64,000 nucleotides of DNA. Origin: a virus (Duplodnaviria > Heunggongvirae > Uroviricota > Caudoviricetes). The position numbers and the translations under genes are program-made. Under the pieces are notes generated by a model. It had not been told where the DNA came from and made no database searches. It worked only from the letters and a program-made list of their open reading frames with translations. The number at the start of each line of letters is the position of its first letter. Positions within the stretch are counted from its first letter, which is position 1. Location of the stretch: IMG/VR virus record IMGVR_UViG_3300017992_000017, positions 33,418 to 97,417 of that record; one strand, written 5' to 3'. Below are positions 52,925 through 60,705 of the stretch, piece by piece.

Positions 52925-53233
52925 AGTACCCAGTCTGACATGCACCCGTTCCCATACCTGTACCCGTTCCCTCATGCACCCACGGGCCTGTTCTCTCCTG
53001 CACCCACGCGAGGACCTGCACCCATGCACCCGTTCCCATACTTTCACTACGTAGGAAAACAAGGCATCCCAGTGAAATACCTGTTCCCGTTCCCATTCTG
53101 ACGTGTACCCGTTCCCGTTCCCGTTCCCGTTCCCATTCTGACGTGTACCCGTTCCCGTTCCCGTTCCCATTCTGACGTGTACCCGTTCCCGTTCCCGTTC
53201 CCATTCTGACGTGTACCCGTTCCCGTTTCCTGT
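52925..53233. repeat. (GTTCCC)n-ATTCTGACGTGTACC array, n = 2,4,3,3, with degenerate copies
   Basis: Clean units span 53081-53233. Decayed copies (TCTGACATGCACCCGTTCCC etc.) span 52925-53040. Same unit family as 49159..49294. Confidence 0.85.
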
Positions 53234-53235
53234 GG

Positions 53236-53349
53236 CCAGACCGAGCTTCCAGAACCAGACCGAGCTTCCAGAACCAGACCGAGCTTCCAGAACCAGACCG
53301 AGCTTCCAGAACCAGACCGAGCTTCCAGAACCAGACCGAGCTTCCAGAA
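53236..53349. repeat. 19-bp tandem repeat x6: CCAGACCGAGCTTCCAGAA
   Basis: Six identical head-to-tail copies plus a degenerate seventh (53350-53370). Confidence 0.9.
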
Positions 53350-53393
53350 CCAGACAGAATCCTCCCAGAATCGATTCTCCCCCAGCGCATAGA

Positions 53394-53421
53394 AAACCCC
53401 CGGGGTATTGTCCGGGGGTTT
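53394..53421 (-). terminator. rho-independent terminator
   Basis: 10-bp stem AAACCCCCGG/CCGGGGGTTT with an 8-nt loop. The minus strand continues TTTTCTAT. Lies just after the stop of 53441..53935. Confidence 0.6.
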
Positions 53422-53440
53422 CTAGGGGGTATCTTGACGC

Positions 53441-53935
53441 TTACATCGGGAACATTTCGCGGAGTCGCGCCACGGTCAGCGCTGCCGTTTCAAAATACGT
53501 TCCATCGTCACCGTGTTTTGCGGCCGCGCGCCAATAGATCGAATCGGCGGTTACAACCACCGTTGCGGCCGATACCGATTGCAGACAACCATCGGGCCAC
53601 CGGTGGTTGTCGGGTATTTGCACCCACTCCCTATCCGAGTCAATCAACTCGCTGGTTTCATCGTCCAGCGCGCCCGGTGTCAGGCCAATCGCCGAACCGT
53701 ATTCGACGGCCGAGTCAAACAATTCGACCGCATAGAATCCGTCATGCGCCCCCTTGAGTGTTTCCGCTTCGGCAACCAGCCGAAGCAACCACGCCACGTA
53801 GTCGGGTGTCAAGTCGACGGTTGCGTACTCGAAAGTGAAACCGTCCCCGTTAGTCAAACTGCAGGCTAATCGCATTGTTGGGCCTTCCGTTCTGCAATGG
53901 TCTTGATACAGGTTTCGACATTGCCGATCCCCCAT
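53441..53935 (-). CDS. hypothetical protein
   Basis: 164-codon ORF. Alternative ATG at 53875 with a GGAAGG SD. Confidence 0.5.
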   Translation of the reverse strand: MGDRQCRNLYQDHCRTEGPTMRLACSLTNGDGFTFEYATVDLTPDYVAWLLRLVAEAETLKGAHDGFYAVELFDSAVEYGSAIGLTPGALDDETSELIDSDREWVQIPDNHRWPDGCLQSVSAATVVVTADSIYWRAAAKHGDDGTYFETAALTVARLREMFPM

Positions 53936-53947
53936 GGCGTTTACTCT

Positions 53948-54895
53948 CTAGCTGCAAGGCCACGGGGCGATATGCAACAAACCGCCGCAATAGGGGCAAT
54001 GCCCGTTGCGGTCATCGTCTACCCAAACCACGCCCGCGCACGGTTCGGGCCGTTCGGGCAAGTCGATCGGCAAGCTACGCTGCGCCGGGTCGGGCCGTTC
54101 GGGGTAGTCGGGCCGTTCATCGGTTGCGGGGTAGTCTTCCAGCTCCGTGTATCCCTGGCCGCAGCACCCGTCGGGATACCAATTGCAACTATCGTCGGTG
54201 TCCCAATGCTTGCCGCAATCGTCGCAATAGATCGACGCATGGGCATTGTCGAAGATGCTCAGCCCCTCATAATCGGTCACATCAAACGCGACGGGATCGG
54301 TGTAGCCCCCACGAACATCGCAACCTCCGTGGATCTGCAGCAAGACGTGTGCCCCGTCATCGTCGCACCAATAGACGTACTGAATCGTCTGGCTGAGCAG
54401 GTCTTCGCCGTTGTACGTGTTCACGGTCACAGGGTCTCCCTCCCCGTAGATGCCCCCAGCGCCGTCCAGGGACTCCACAAATGCTTCTGCAGAGGGTAAC
54501 CACAGCTCCACGCCCTCGTGCTCAGCGAACTCCCTGTAGCGATCGTCGAGTTCTTCGTTGTACTCAAGTCGATCCTTAAGGAAATGGTATACGTTCACGG
54601 TGGCCAGTATGTCGGCCTCTTCCCCCCGGAGCCAGAACTCGAGCTGCCCCTCTGGCTGCGCCTCGAGGTCCACTCCCTGGTTTCGCTCCCAGTGGCGACC
54701 GTAGCCGTACCGGAAGCTGCCGTCGGGTTGCTGCTCGCCCCCGGAGTCCAGAATGCTCCGACCCGTGTTCTCTTGGAGCATTTCGGCCAGTTTGTCGGCG
54801 GTTGTATCGGTTGTGTCGGTTTGCGTTGCGGTCATGTTCGTTTTCTCCCGTTGTCGGTTGTGGTTGGTTGCGTTTAGCGTTGTCCAGGTTTCCAT
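53948..54895 (-). CDS. hypothetical protein
   Basis: 315-codon ORF. AAAGGAG SD before ATG 54895, alternative ATG at 54835. First gene of the minus-strand block. Confidence 0.5.
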   Translation of the reverse strand: METWTTLNATNHNRQREKTNMTATQTDTTDTTADKLAEMLQENTGRSILDSGGEQQPDGSFRYGYGRHWERNQGVDLEAQPEGQLEFWLRGEEADILATVNVYHFLKDRLEYNEELDDRYREFAEHEGVELWLPSAEAFVESLDGAGGIYGEGDPVTVNTYNGEDLLSQTIQYVYWCDDDGAHVLLQIHGGCDVRGGYTDPVAFDVTDYEGLSIFDNAHASIYCDDCGKHWDTDDSCNWYPDGCCGQGYTELEDYPATDERPDYPERPDPAQRSLPIDLPERPEPCAGVVWVDDDRNGHCPYCGGLLHIAPWPCS

Positions 54896-55661
54896 AATTA
54901 GACTCCTTTGCGTAGAATAGATTGGTGGGGAAACTATGTTTGATTATCGGTGGTATAGTTTAGCTGTCAATAGCACAGGGGAGCAAATAGTCTATTTTGT
55001 GGTGAATTCTCTAAAATCAGTAAGATATAGGGGGAAGGTTTGCGGGGGTTGCCCAGTCTGCGCAGATTACCATTGTGGGGGGTGTCATACAATATATTGT
55101 GCGGGAAGGTATCGTCGCCGGTGGAATCGTCCGGATATTGCGCGGCCGGTGAGTGCGCTAGCACGCTAGTACAGTTGCCCCGGGATAGCTTCCAGTCTGG
55201 CCCGATAAAGCCTACCCCCAGGGTGAATTTTAGCCTCCGCTAATGCAGATTTTCGGAACCACGGCCGATGCGGACCGAAAGCTAGGCGCTCTGGGGATTT
55301 AGGGACGGGAGGGGAATCCGGGGAAACCCCCTCCCCGGTGGTGCCTTAGTCCCTCGCTGGCGCTCGGTCCACCACAGTAGTCCATATTTCCGAGGTCCAT
55401 CTCCACACCTACCACGAGCTCCCATAACCCCCTGTAACCCCACACCTCTCCTGGTAACTTCTGGTCAACCCCCCAGAAAGAGTATATAGGATGTCTACAT
55501 AGTGCTCCATCTCCTTGCACAGTACCAAACCTCCTGGGACTGTGCAGACGTCTTTTCCCTACTCCTCCTCCCATGTCTCTAGAAATATCCCACCAAAATT
55601 CTGGGAAGGTCATATTTCCGGGGTCGAGCGAGAAAAATCCGGAAAAGTATAGTTTCTGGGG

Positions 55662-55689
55662 TTGCCTGCCGAAACTATACCGGTAGAAT
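55662..55689 (+). promoter_or_regulatory. sigma70-like promoter for the right-hand plus-strand block
   Basis: TTGCCT (55662-55667), 16-nt spacer containing AAACTATACC, then TAGAAT (55684-55689). The first gene starts at 55735. Confidence 0.45.
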
Positions 55690-55734
55690 GGTATCAGTGG
55701 GGGTTACTAGATTGATCTGCTGGGAGACTCTGAC

Positions 55735-55995
55735 ATGGCGAAAGACCCGGTACTGAAGCTTGCGAGTGAGGTGGAAGACCCGGTTACCACCCTGTACTTG
55801 GAGAGAATGCCAAACGGAAACATCGCGCTCAAGGCACGCGCTCCAAGGGGTAATGTCTGGCGCCTGTTCGAGATCCACACGCATACCGGCGACATCGTGG
55901 GGTATGACGACATTCCCGACGACATTGGACTACCGGCGGATGAGGACGGCCAGTTGGTGATCTCGAATGTTTCTGTACCGGAGAACTCCCTATGA
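55735..55995 (+). CDS. hypothetical protein
   Basis: 86-codon ORF. Confidence 0.5.
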   Translation: MAKDPVLKLASEVEDPVTTLYLERMPNGNIALKARAPRGNVWRLFEIHTHTGDIVGYDDIPDDIGLPADEDGQLVISNVSVPENSL

Positions 55996-56123
55996 CCCTC
56001 ACTACCAAACAACCGGGTGACCTGGTCGTTATCGAGCTGGAAGAGGACGAGGAGGATATCAACTTGCTCGCCACGAAGAACGGTCACAGCTGGGTACTCG
56101 CTCTGTTTATTACGCTGGCCTAG
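55992..56123 (+). CDS. small ORF (43 aa)
   Basis: ATGA overlap with the upstream stop. Translation MTLTTKQPGDLVVIELEEDEEDINLLATKNGHSWVLALFITLA. Not on the ORF track. Confidence 0.3.
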   Translation: MTLTTKQPGDLVVIELEEDEEDINLLATKNGHSWVLALFITLA

Positions 56124-56174
56124 ACCGATCTCTTTTCCGATAAACCTGCCTCTTGGTAACCCTGGAGTATTTCT

Positions 56175-56747
56175 ATGACTAATACCGTGCCTGTTAGTAC
56201 TTCACACCTTGGTTGGCGACCGCAAGCGAGGATCGAACTGCCTGTTGGAACAATCTTCGTTTCGACGGAAGAGACAACAACCGAGAAGGAACTGAGGGTT
56301 CTTGCTCGTCGGATCAAGGTGTGCATGGAAGCTCTGGCTGATGTTTCTCTAGATCTGTTTGAGGAGGGGTTCTTCGACGACGCGTTTCTGAAGATGGCTC
56401 CGGCTGCCAAGGACGAACTCGCGAAACGATCTGCCTTCGATGAGGTGCCGGAACAGCTGCGAAAGCACTACTCCCGTTACGACGATCTCTCCTGTAACGG
56501 CTGTGATGGCGTTCGTGGGGATCATGAAGAGGACTGTCCCGTCGCCGATCTGGAGGAGCTCTACGCAAAGACCCAGGCAGACGTCGTGCATATCTCCGAG
56601 TGTGTCGTCAAGAACTGTCAGGCTGAGAGCGTGCCTGGTGGTAAGTACGACACCCCCCAGACATGTCGCTGTGGCCGGGAGTGCTGGGAGACGGGACGAG
56701 ACGGAACAACGCGGTGTGTCTACTGTGCGTCCCTGAGGAAAGAGTAA
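56175..56747 (+). CDS. hypothetical Cys-rich protein
   Basis: 190-codon ORF. Confidence 0.5.
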   Translation: MTNTVPVSTSHLGWRPQARIELPVGTIFVSTEETTTEKELRVLARRIKVCMEALADVSLDLFEEGFFDDAFLKMAPAAKDELAKRSAFDEVPEQLRKHYSRYDDLSCNGCDGVRGDHEEDCPVADLEELYAKTQADVVHISECVVKNCQAESVPGGKYDTPQTCRCGRECWETGRDGTTRCVYCASLRKE

Positions 56748-56749
56748 CC

Positions 56750-56923
56750 ATGGCCGAACCTGAAAATCCGCTCGGCCTGACTCCGGAAGAGATTGAGGCT
56801 TTGCTGCCGCCACCGATCGATCTGCAAAACGAAGAGCGAGTTGGTGTGCGTTACGACTACTGTCCTGAGTGCGGCCGAGATCCCAAAGATCCCGGCTCCA
56901 AAGGTTGCTGTTACTGTGGATAA
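56750..56923 (+). CDS. hypothetical zinc-ribbon protein
   Basis: ATG 56750. CPECG...CCYCG. Confidence 0.4.
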   Translation: MAEPENPLGLTPEEIEALLPPPIDLQNEERVGVRYDYCPECGRDPKDPGSKGCCYCG

Positions 56924-56932
56924 GGAGATGCA

Positions 56933-57277
56933 ATGAAAGACGTGACAATCAAGATCTGGGTAACCAAGTCCTGGAAGTTCCGTGCGCGGGTTATGCCACG
57001 AGATGGACTGGCGTATGAGGTGACTGTCGGTGGGAAACAATGGCGACAAGGCAAAGGATGTCCGTATCAAAGAGAGATCCTGGACAGATGCCAATGTCTG
57101 AAAACCACGCTCGCAGAGATCTTGCTGGAGCTTGAGATTGCTGACGAACGGCGAAGGGAAGACGACACGATCTCCGATGGCTTTGGGAATGCCTGGGATG
57201 CTATTTGTCTTAATTGTGGCCGGAGGTCTATGGAGGTCGTCCGTCCCGGCAAAGTTCAATGTGCGTACTGTGGATAA
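56933..57277 (+). CDS. hypothetical zinc-ribbon protein
   Basis: AAGGAGA SD. C-terminal CLNCG...CAYCG. Confidence 0.5.
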   Translation: MKDVTIKIWVTKSWKFRARVMPRDGLAYEVTVGGKQWRQGKGCPYQREILDRCQCLKTTLAEILLELEIADERRREDDTISDGFGNAWDAICLNCGRRSMEVVRPGKVQCAYCG

Positions 57278-57286
57278 GGAGAACTC

Positions 57287-57388
57287 ATGTTTGATTCAGA
57301 CTGTCCCGCTACCGTATTTGCGATCCTGTCTAGCACCTTTGCCGTTATCTCCCCAGTGTGTGCCGTTCTCTCGCTAGCTCTGTCATGA
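57287..57388 (+). CDS. small hydrophobic ORF (33 aa)
   Basis: AAGGAGA SD. Translation MFDSDCPATVFAILSSTFAVISPVCAVLSLALS. Not on the ORF track. Confidence 0.25.
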   Translation: MFDSDCPATVFAILSSTFAVISPVCAVLSLALS

Positions 57389-57399
57389 AAGGAGAACCC

Positions 57400-57738
57400 A
57401 TGGTCACCTATGACAGCGTAGAAGAAGCGGAATTTGTCAGCTGGCTAGAAGAGGAGCTCCTGCATCCTACGCGATGGAAGAGAGCTCGGTTCCAAAAGCA
57501 GAACTACGGCACCGAGTCTGTCAGCTACTTCTACACGCTGGTACACCCGATAGCCAAGATCAAGATCCATCGTTGGCTTGCGGGTGTAGAAGTCTATGAC
57601 GGACGCAAGACCTTCGCGGTTGAGTCAGAACAAGCTCGGGATGCCTTGGACAAGCTCGAGAAGGACCACAAGGCACACGAACGCCAACGTCTTATTTCCA
57701 GGATCCTCGAACGTATCTTCGTCGGGAGAACCCCATGA
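57400..57738 (+). CDS. hypothetical protein
   Basis: ATG 57400 after an AAAGGAGA SD. Confidence 0.5.
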   Translation: MVTYDSVEEAEFVSWLEEELLHPTRWKRARFQKQNYGTESVSYFYTLVHPIAKIKIHRWLAGVEVYDGRKTFAVESEQARDALDKLEKDHKAHERQRLISRILERIFVGRTP

Positions 57739-58175
57739 CCCAACAACTACGACTCGGACTACAGCTGGTCGATCGGCAAGCTCGGTATGACAATTCGCCG
57801 GGTGCTTGGACGACGGCTGCAGACCTGATCGAGCTGTCCTTGCGAGAAGCCGAACGATGGACAAGACGGTGCGACGATGCCAAAAGGATCCCGGACATGC
57901 TGTGGGAAGCATGCCAGGACCTTCGCGCACGTGCCAAGGACTGTCTGGCTGAGTTCTCGCAACGAAGCGTGTCACCGCTCAAACTGGCTCAACGGCGCAT
58001 CCATCTTTTAGGACACGACCATTACCAGCTGAACGAGGTCGGGATCCTGGCAGCCGAGGTACTAAGACTCACCACAGAGCTTGCAGAAGCCAACCATACC
58101 ACGGAACTGTACGAGTCCGAAGTGGCCGGTCTGCAACGAGAGCTCGACCTCGAATACGGAAGGGACGAGAACTGA
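57735..58175 (+). CDS. hypothetical protein
   Basis: 146-codon ORF. ATGA overlap. Confidence 0.5.
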   Translation: MTQQLRLGLQLVDRQARYDNSPGAWTTAADLIELSLREAERWTRRCDDAKRIPDMLWEACQDLRARAKDCLAEFSQRSVSPLKLAQRRIHLLGHDHYQLNEVGILAAEVLRLTTELAEANHTTELYESEVAGLQRELDLEYGRDEN

Positions 58176-58178
58176 CTC

Positions 58179-58364
58179 ATGCACTTCAATATCTTCTTCA
58201 CCCTCAAAGGACCTGGCGGGAAGATCGATGCGCCGAACAACAGCAACCCGGTTGAATGCAAGGACCTATACACCCTACTACACGATCTGGCCGAGCAACT
58301 ACCAAATAACTGGCTGGTAGAAACGATCGGCGTACGCATCGAAAAGACGGGGGGGACATGGTAG
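58179..58364 (+). CDS. hypothetical small protein
   Basis: 61-codon ORF. Confidence 0.4.
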   Translation: MHFNIFFTLKGPGGKIDAPNNSNPVECKDLYTLLHDLAEQLPNNWLVETIGVRIEKTGGTW

Positions 58365-58915
58365 ACACACAAGCACAGGGAGTCGCACCCGCAATCTGCC
58401 TCATCAACCCGAAGACGGAAATCAACGTCGGGATGGTCGTACGTCTGGCATCCTGTTACGGAATCTCGCAGGTGTGGTGGACCGGGCACAGAGTCAACTT
58501 GGATCGCAGCGGAAAGCGTCGACTCCCACGAGAAGAGAGACTCCGGGGGTATCAGGACGTGACCATGATCCAACATGATCGTCCGTTCGATCACTTTCCT
58601 GGTGCAGTACCGGTGGCTGTTGAGGTACGCGAGAACGCCGAGAACCTCCTTGCCTTCGAGCACCCGGAGAACGCCTTGTACGTGTTTGGTCCGGAAGACG
58701 GGGGACTACGAGCGGTGGACGTGCGTCATTGCCATCGCTTCCTGATCATCCCCACGGACCACTGCCTCAACCTCGCAACTGCTGTGGCTACCGTGCTGTG
58801 GGATCGGACCGTGAAGGCGCATCTGAACGGCGACGTATCCCGTGTTGGAAGGTCCCCGGCAACGTGCGAGAACCGAGGATTTGTAGACAGTCCGATCGTA
58901 GAGGAGGTACCGTGA
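58358..58915 (+). CDS. SPOUT-class (SpoU/TrmH-like) RNA 2'-O-methyltransferase
   Basis: LINPKTEINVGMVVRLASCYG, ALYVFGPEDGGL, FLIIPTDHCLNLATAVATVLWD (the three SpoU motifs). Confidence 0.7.
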   Translation: MVDTQAQGVAPAICLINPKTEINVGMVVRLASCYGISQVWWTGHRVNLDRSGKRRLPREERLRGYQDVTMIQHDRPFDHFPGAVPVAVEVRENAENLLAFEHPENALYVFGPEDGGLRAVDVRHCHRFLIIPTDHCLNLATAVATVLWDRTVKAHLNGDVSRVGRSPATCENRGFVDSPIVEEVP

Positions 58916-59100
58916 AAAGACTACTCGACTACCTGGCTATCGTGATTGTTGCTGCGATCTATCTGGCAGTGGCGACGTTGGCATTTCTCGCTTTCACAGG
59001 GTTGATTATTCACGAGCCGGAGACAGCTGCTGGATGCACGGCGATTACTGCTGTGGTCGTACTGTTTATCTGGTCAATGCACAGACTGGAGAACAGGTGA
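58912..59100 (+). CDS. small membrane protein
   Basis: GTG in a GTGA overlap after a GAGGAGG SD. Two hydrophobic spans. Confidence 0.4.
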   Translation: MKRLLDYLAIVIVAAIYLAVATLAFLAFTGLIIHEPETAAGCTAITAVVVLFIWSMHRLENR

Positions 59101-59420
59101 TGCAAGAACGTACTGTAGATGTCGATTGTGTCCGGTTCAGTTGCTTCTCCGGGGCGCCAAAGCTCGTGCAGGACTACCTCATCCTGCGAGAGAACGAGAC
59201 CCTGGACGCGTGGGTTCTCGAGTTCAAGCGTGGGGTGACCGGATACGAGTCTCTCATCGTGACCGGACCAGGCGCCGCAGATCTGGAGAGACTGTGCGAG
59301 GTCGGATGGTGGGCCTGTGCTGGTACGACGGGTTGCTGGGATAGTCTCTTTGTACATCCACTCCAGCTGAAACGGGTCTTTGAGGATCTAGGACTTCTCG
59401 AAAAGGAGACGACGCAGTGA
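59100..59420 (+). CDS. hypothetical protein
   Basis: ATG overlaps the upstream stop (TGATG). Confidence 0.45.
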   Translation: MQERTVDVDCVRFSCFSGAPKLVQDYLILRENETLDAWVLEFKRGVTGYESLIVTGPGAADLERLCEVGWWACAGTTGCWDSLFVHPLQLKRVFEDLGLLEKETTQ

Positions 59421-60175
59421 AATTCGATGACCTAGACGCCAAGATGCGGGTCTTCGAGACTGTGGCCGATACCTGCGTTCTGCCTGAGCTCTACATGGTT
59501 GCTCGACTGGATGGACGTAGCTTCACCCGGCTGACGAAAGAGACCCACCCATTTGACACGCCGTTTGACAGCCGGTTTCGGGACATGATGGTCGCAACCA
59601 CGGAATCGCTGATGACCTGCGGCTTCCGGGTGATCTACGGGTATACCGAGAGCGACGAAATCTCCTTGCTGTTTGCACGTAACGAGAACACGTTTGGCCG
59701 GAAACTGCGTAAGTACAACTCAGTACTGGCAGGAGAAGCGAGTGCCAAATTCTCATTACTGTGTGGGAGCGTCGGGGCATTTGACTGTCGTGTCTCCCAG
59801 CTGCCAACCCCAGATCTGGTGGTTGACTACTTTCGCTGGCGTAGTGCGGACGCCACCAGGAACGCCTTGAACTCCTGGTGTTACTGGATGCTAAGAAGAA
59901 AGACCGGCAAGAGTAAACGCCAAGCCACGTCACAGCTCCTTGGACTCTCGATAAGCGAAAAGAACGAGCTGCTCTTCCAGTACGAGATCAACTTCAACGA
60001 TCTCCCTGCGTGGCAAAAACGTGGGGTCGGCGTGTACTGGGAACACTACGACAAGCCGTCCGTGAACCCGGTTACAGGCGAGTGTGTTGTGGCCGGTCGT
60101 CGTCGCATTCGGAGAGAGTATGAGCTGCCAATGAAGGACGAGTACAGCGAGTTCATTCGTGCTATTCTCGGTTAG
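59417..60175 (+). CDS. Thg1-like protein (tRNA-His guanylyltransferase / 3'-5' polymerase family)
   Basis: MKFDDLDAKMRVFE...YMVARLDGRSFTRLTKE...PFDSRF...GYTESDEISLLF...FGRKLRKYNSVLAGEASAKF matches the Thg1 N-terminal catalytic core (RiDGr.F, SDEiS, GR..Ki.S). Confidence 0.85.
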   Translation: MKFDDLDAKMRVFETVADTCVLPELYMVARLDGRSFTRLTKETHPFDTPFDSRFRDMMVATTESLMTCGFRVIYGYTESDEISLLFARNENTFGRKLRKYNSVLAGEASAKFSLLCGSVGAFDCRVSQLPTPDLVVDYFRWRSADATRNALNSWCYWMLRRKTGKSKRQATSQLLGLSISEKNELLFQYEINFNDLPAWQKRGVGVYWEHYDKPSVNPVTGECVVAGRRRIRREYELPMKDEYSEFIRAILG

Positions 60176-60183
60176 GAGAAACC

Positions 60184-60441
60184 ATGGCTGACATCGTAGA
60201 CCTTTGCCGTACTGTAGCTGACGGCGCCTCCTCTGCCTGGGGTGACGCGTCGGAGCAGTTGAAACCGATCCTCACGGCTGCCAGCAATACCTTGTTGGAT
60301 GCTGCCAAGGAGATTGAATGTCTCCGATCTGCATACCACGGGTCCTGCTACGCGTGTGAGATCCGAAAGACCTGTGACTGCGCGTGGGACATCTACAACC
60401 TGAACACGGTCGCCGGGATTGACTGCCTGGCGAGTAAGTAA
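60184..60441 (+). CDS. hypothetical protein
   Basis: 85-codon ORF. Confidence 0.45.
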   Translation: MADIVDLCRTVADGASSAWGDASEQLKPILTAASNTLLDAAKEIECLRSAYHGSCYACEIRKTCDCAWDIYNLNTVAGIDCLASK

Positions 60442-60629
60442 TGCCTAGACTTCATGTAAGCTGCAACAAGTTCGCGTGCCGGGTAGTCGTCGATGAAGCT
60501 ACCCAGACCATCACCGACGCAGAACCGGCCATGCGCAGATTCGTTGGACAGCCGATCCGGAACCTCTACGCCTGGTTCGCGAAGTTTGGCAACCTCCGGA
60601 TTGTTGATCTGGATGAGTATAGTCTGTGA
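60441..60629 (+). CDS. hypothetical protein
   Basis: 62-codon ORF. TAATG overlap. Confidence 0.45.
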   Translation: MPRLHVSCNKFACRVVVDEATQTITDAEPAMRRFVGQPIRNLYAWFAKFGNLRIVDLDEYSL

Positions 60630-60645
60630 AACCTAGTTTTGGTTA

Positions 60646-60674
60646 TTGCCAGACACCTCGTTTTCGGGTATAAT
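60646..60674 (+). promoter_or_regulatory. near-consensus sigma70 promoter upstream of the integrase
   Basis: TTGCCA (60646-60651), 17-nt spacer, TATAAT (60669-60674). AAGGAGA SD and ATG at 60706. Confidence 0.55.
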
Positions 60675-60705
60675 ATGGGTAGTTCAAGATCCAAGGAGAA
60701 CCCCC

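Noticed and set aside
49159-53349. CRISPR array interpretation of the tandem arrays (and of 38135..38555)
   Set aside because: The units are contiguous or have only ~13-nt semi-conserved linkers. There are no 25-40 nt unique spacers and no cas genes in the window.
52671-53537. ORFs 52671..53390, 52892..53170 (minus) and 53211..53537 (plus)
   Set aside because: They are translations of tandem repeats whose periods (19 bp and variable 28-40 bp) are not all multiples of 3, which gives rotating-frame pseudo-repeats. They also overlap the tRNA-like RNAs and a terminator.
55299-55613. 104-codon minus-strand ORF in the large intergenic region
   Set aside because: It has no SD. Its Gly/Trp/Pro-rich composition is odd, and it overlaps the G/C-only nested hairpin. 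I left it as possibly noncoding and flagged the region instead.
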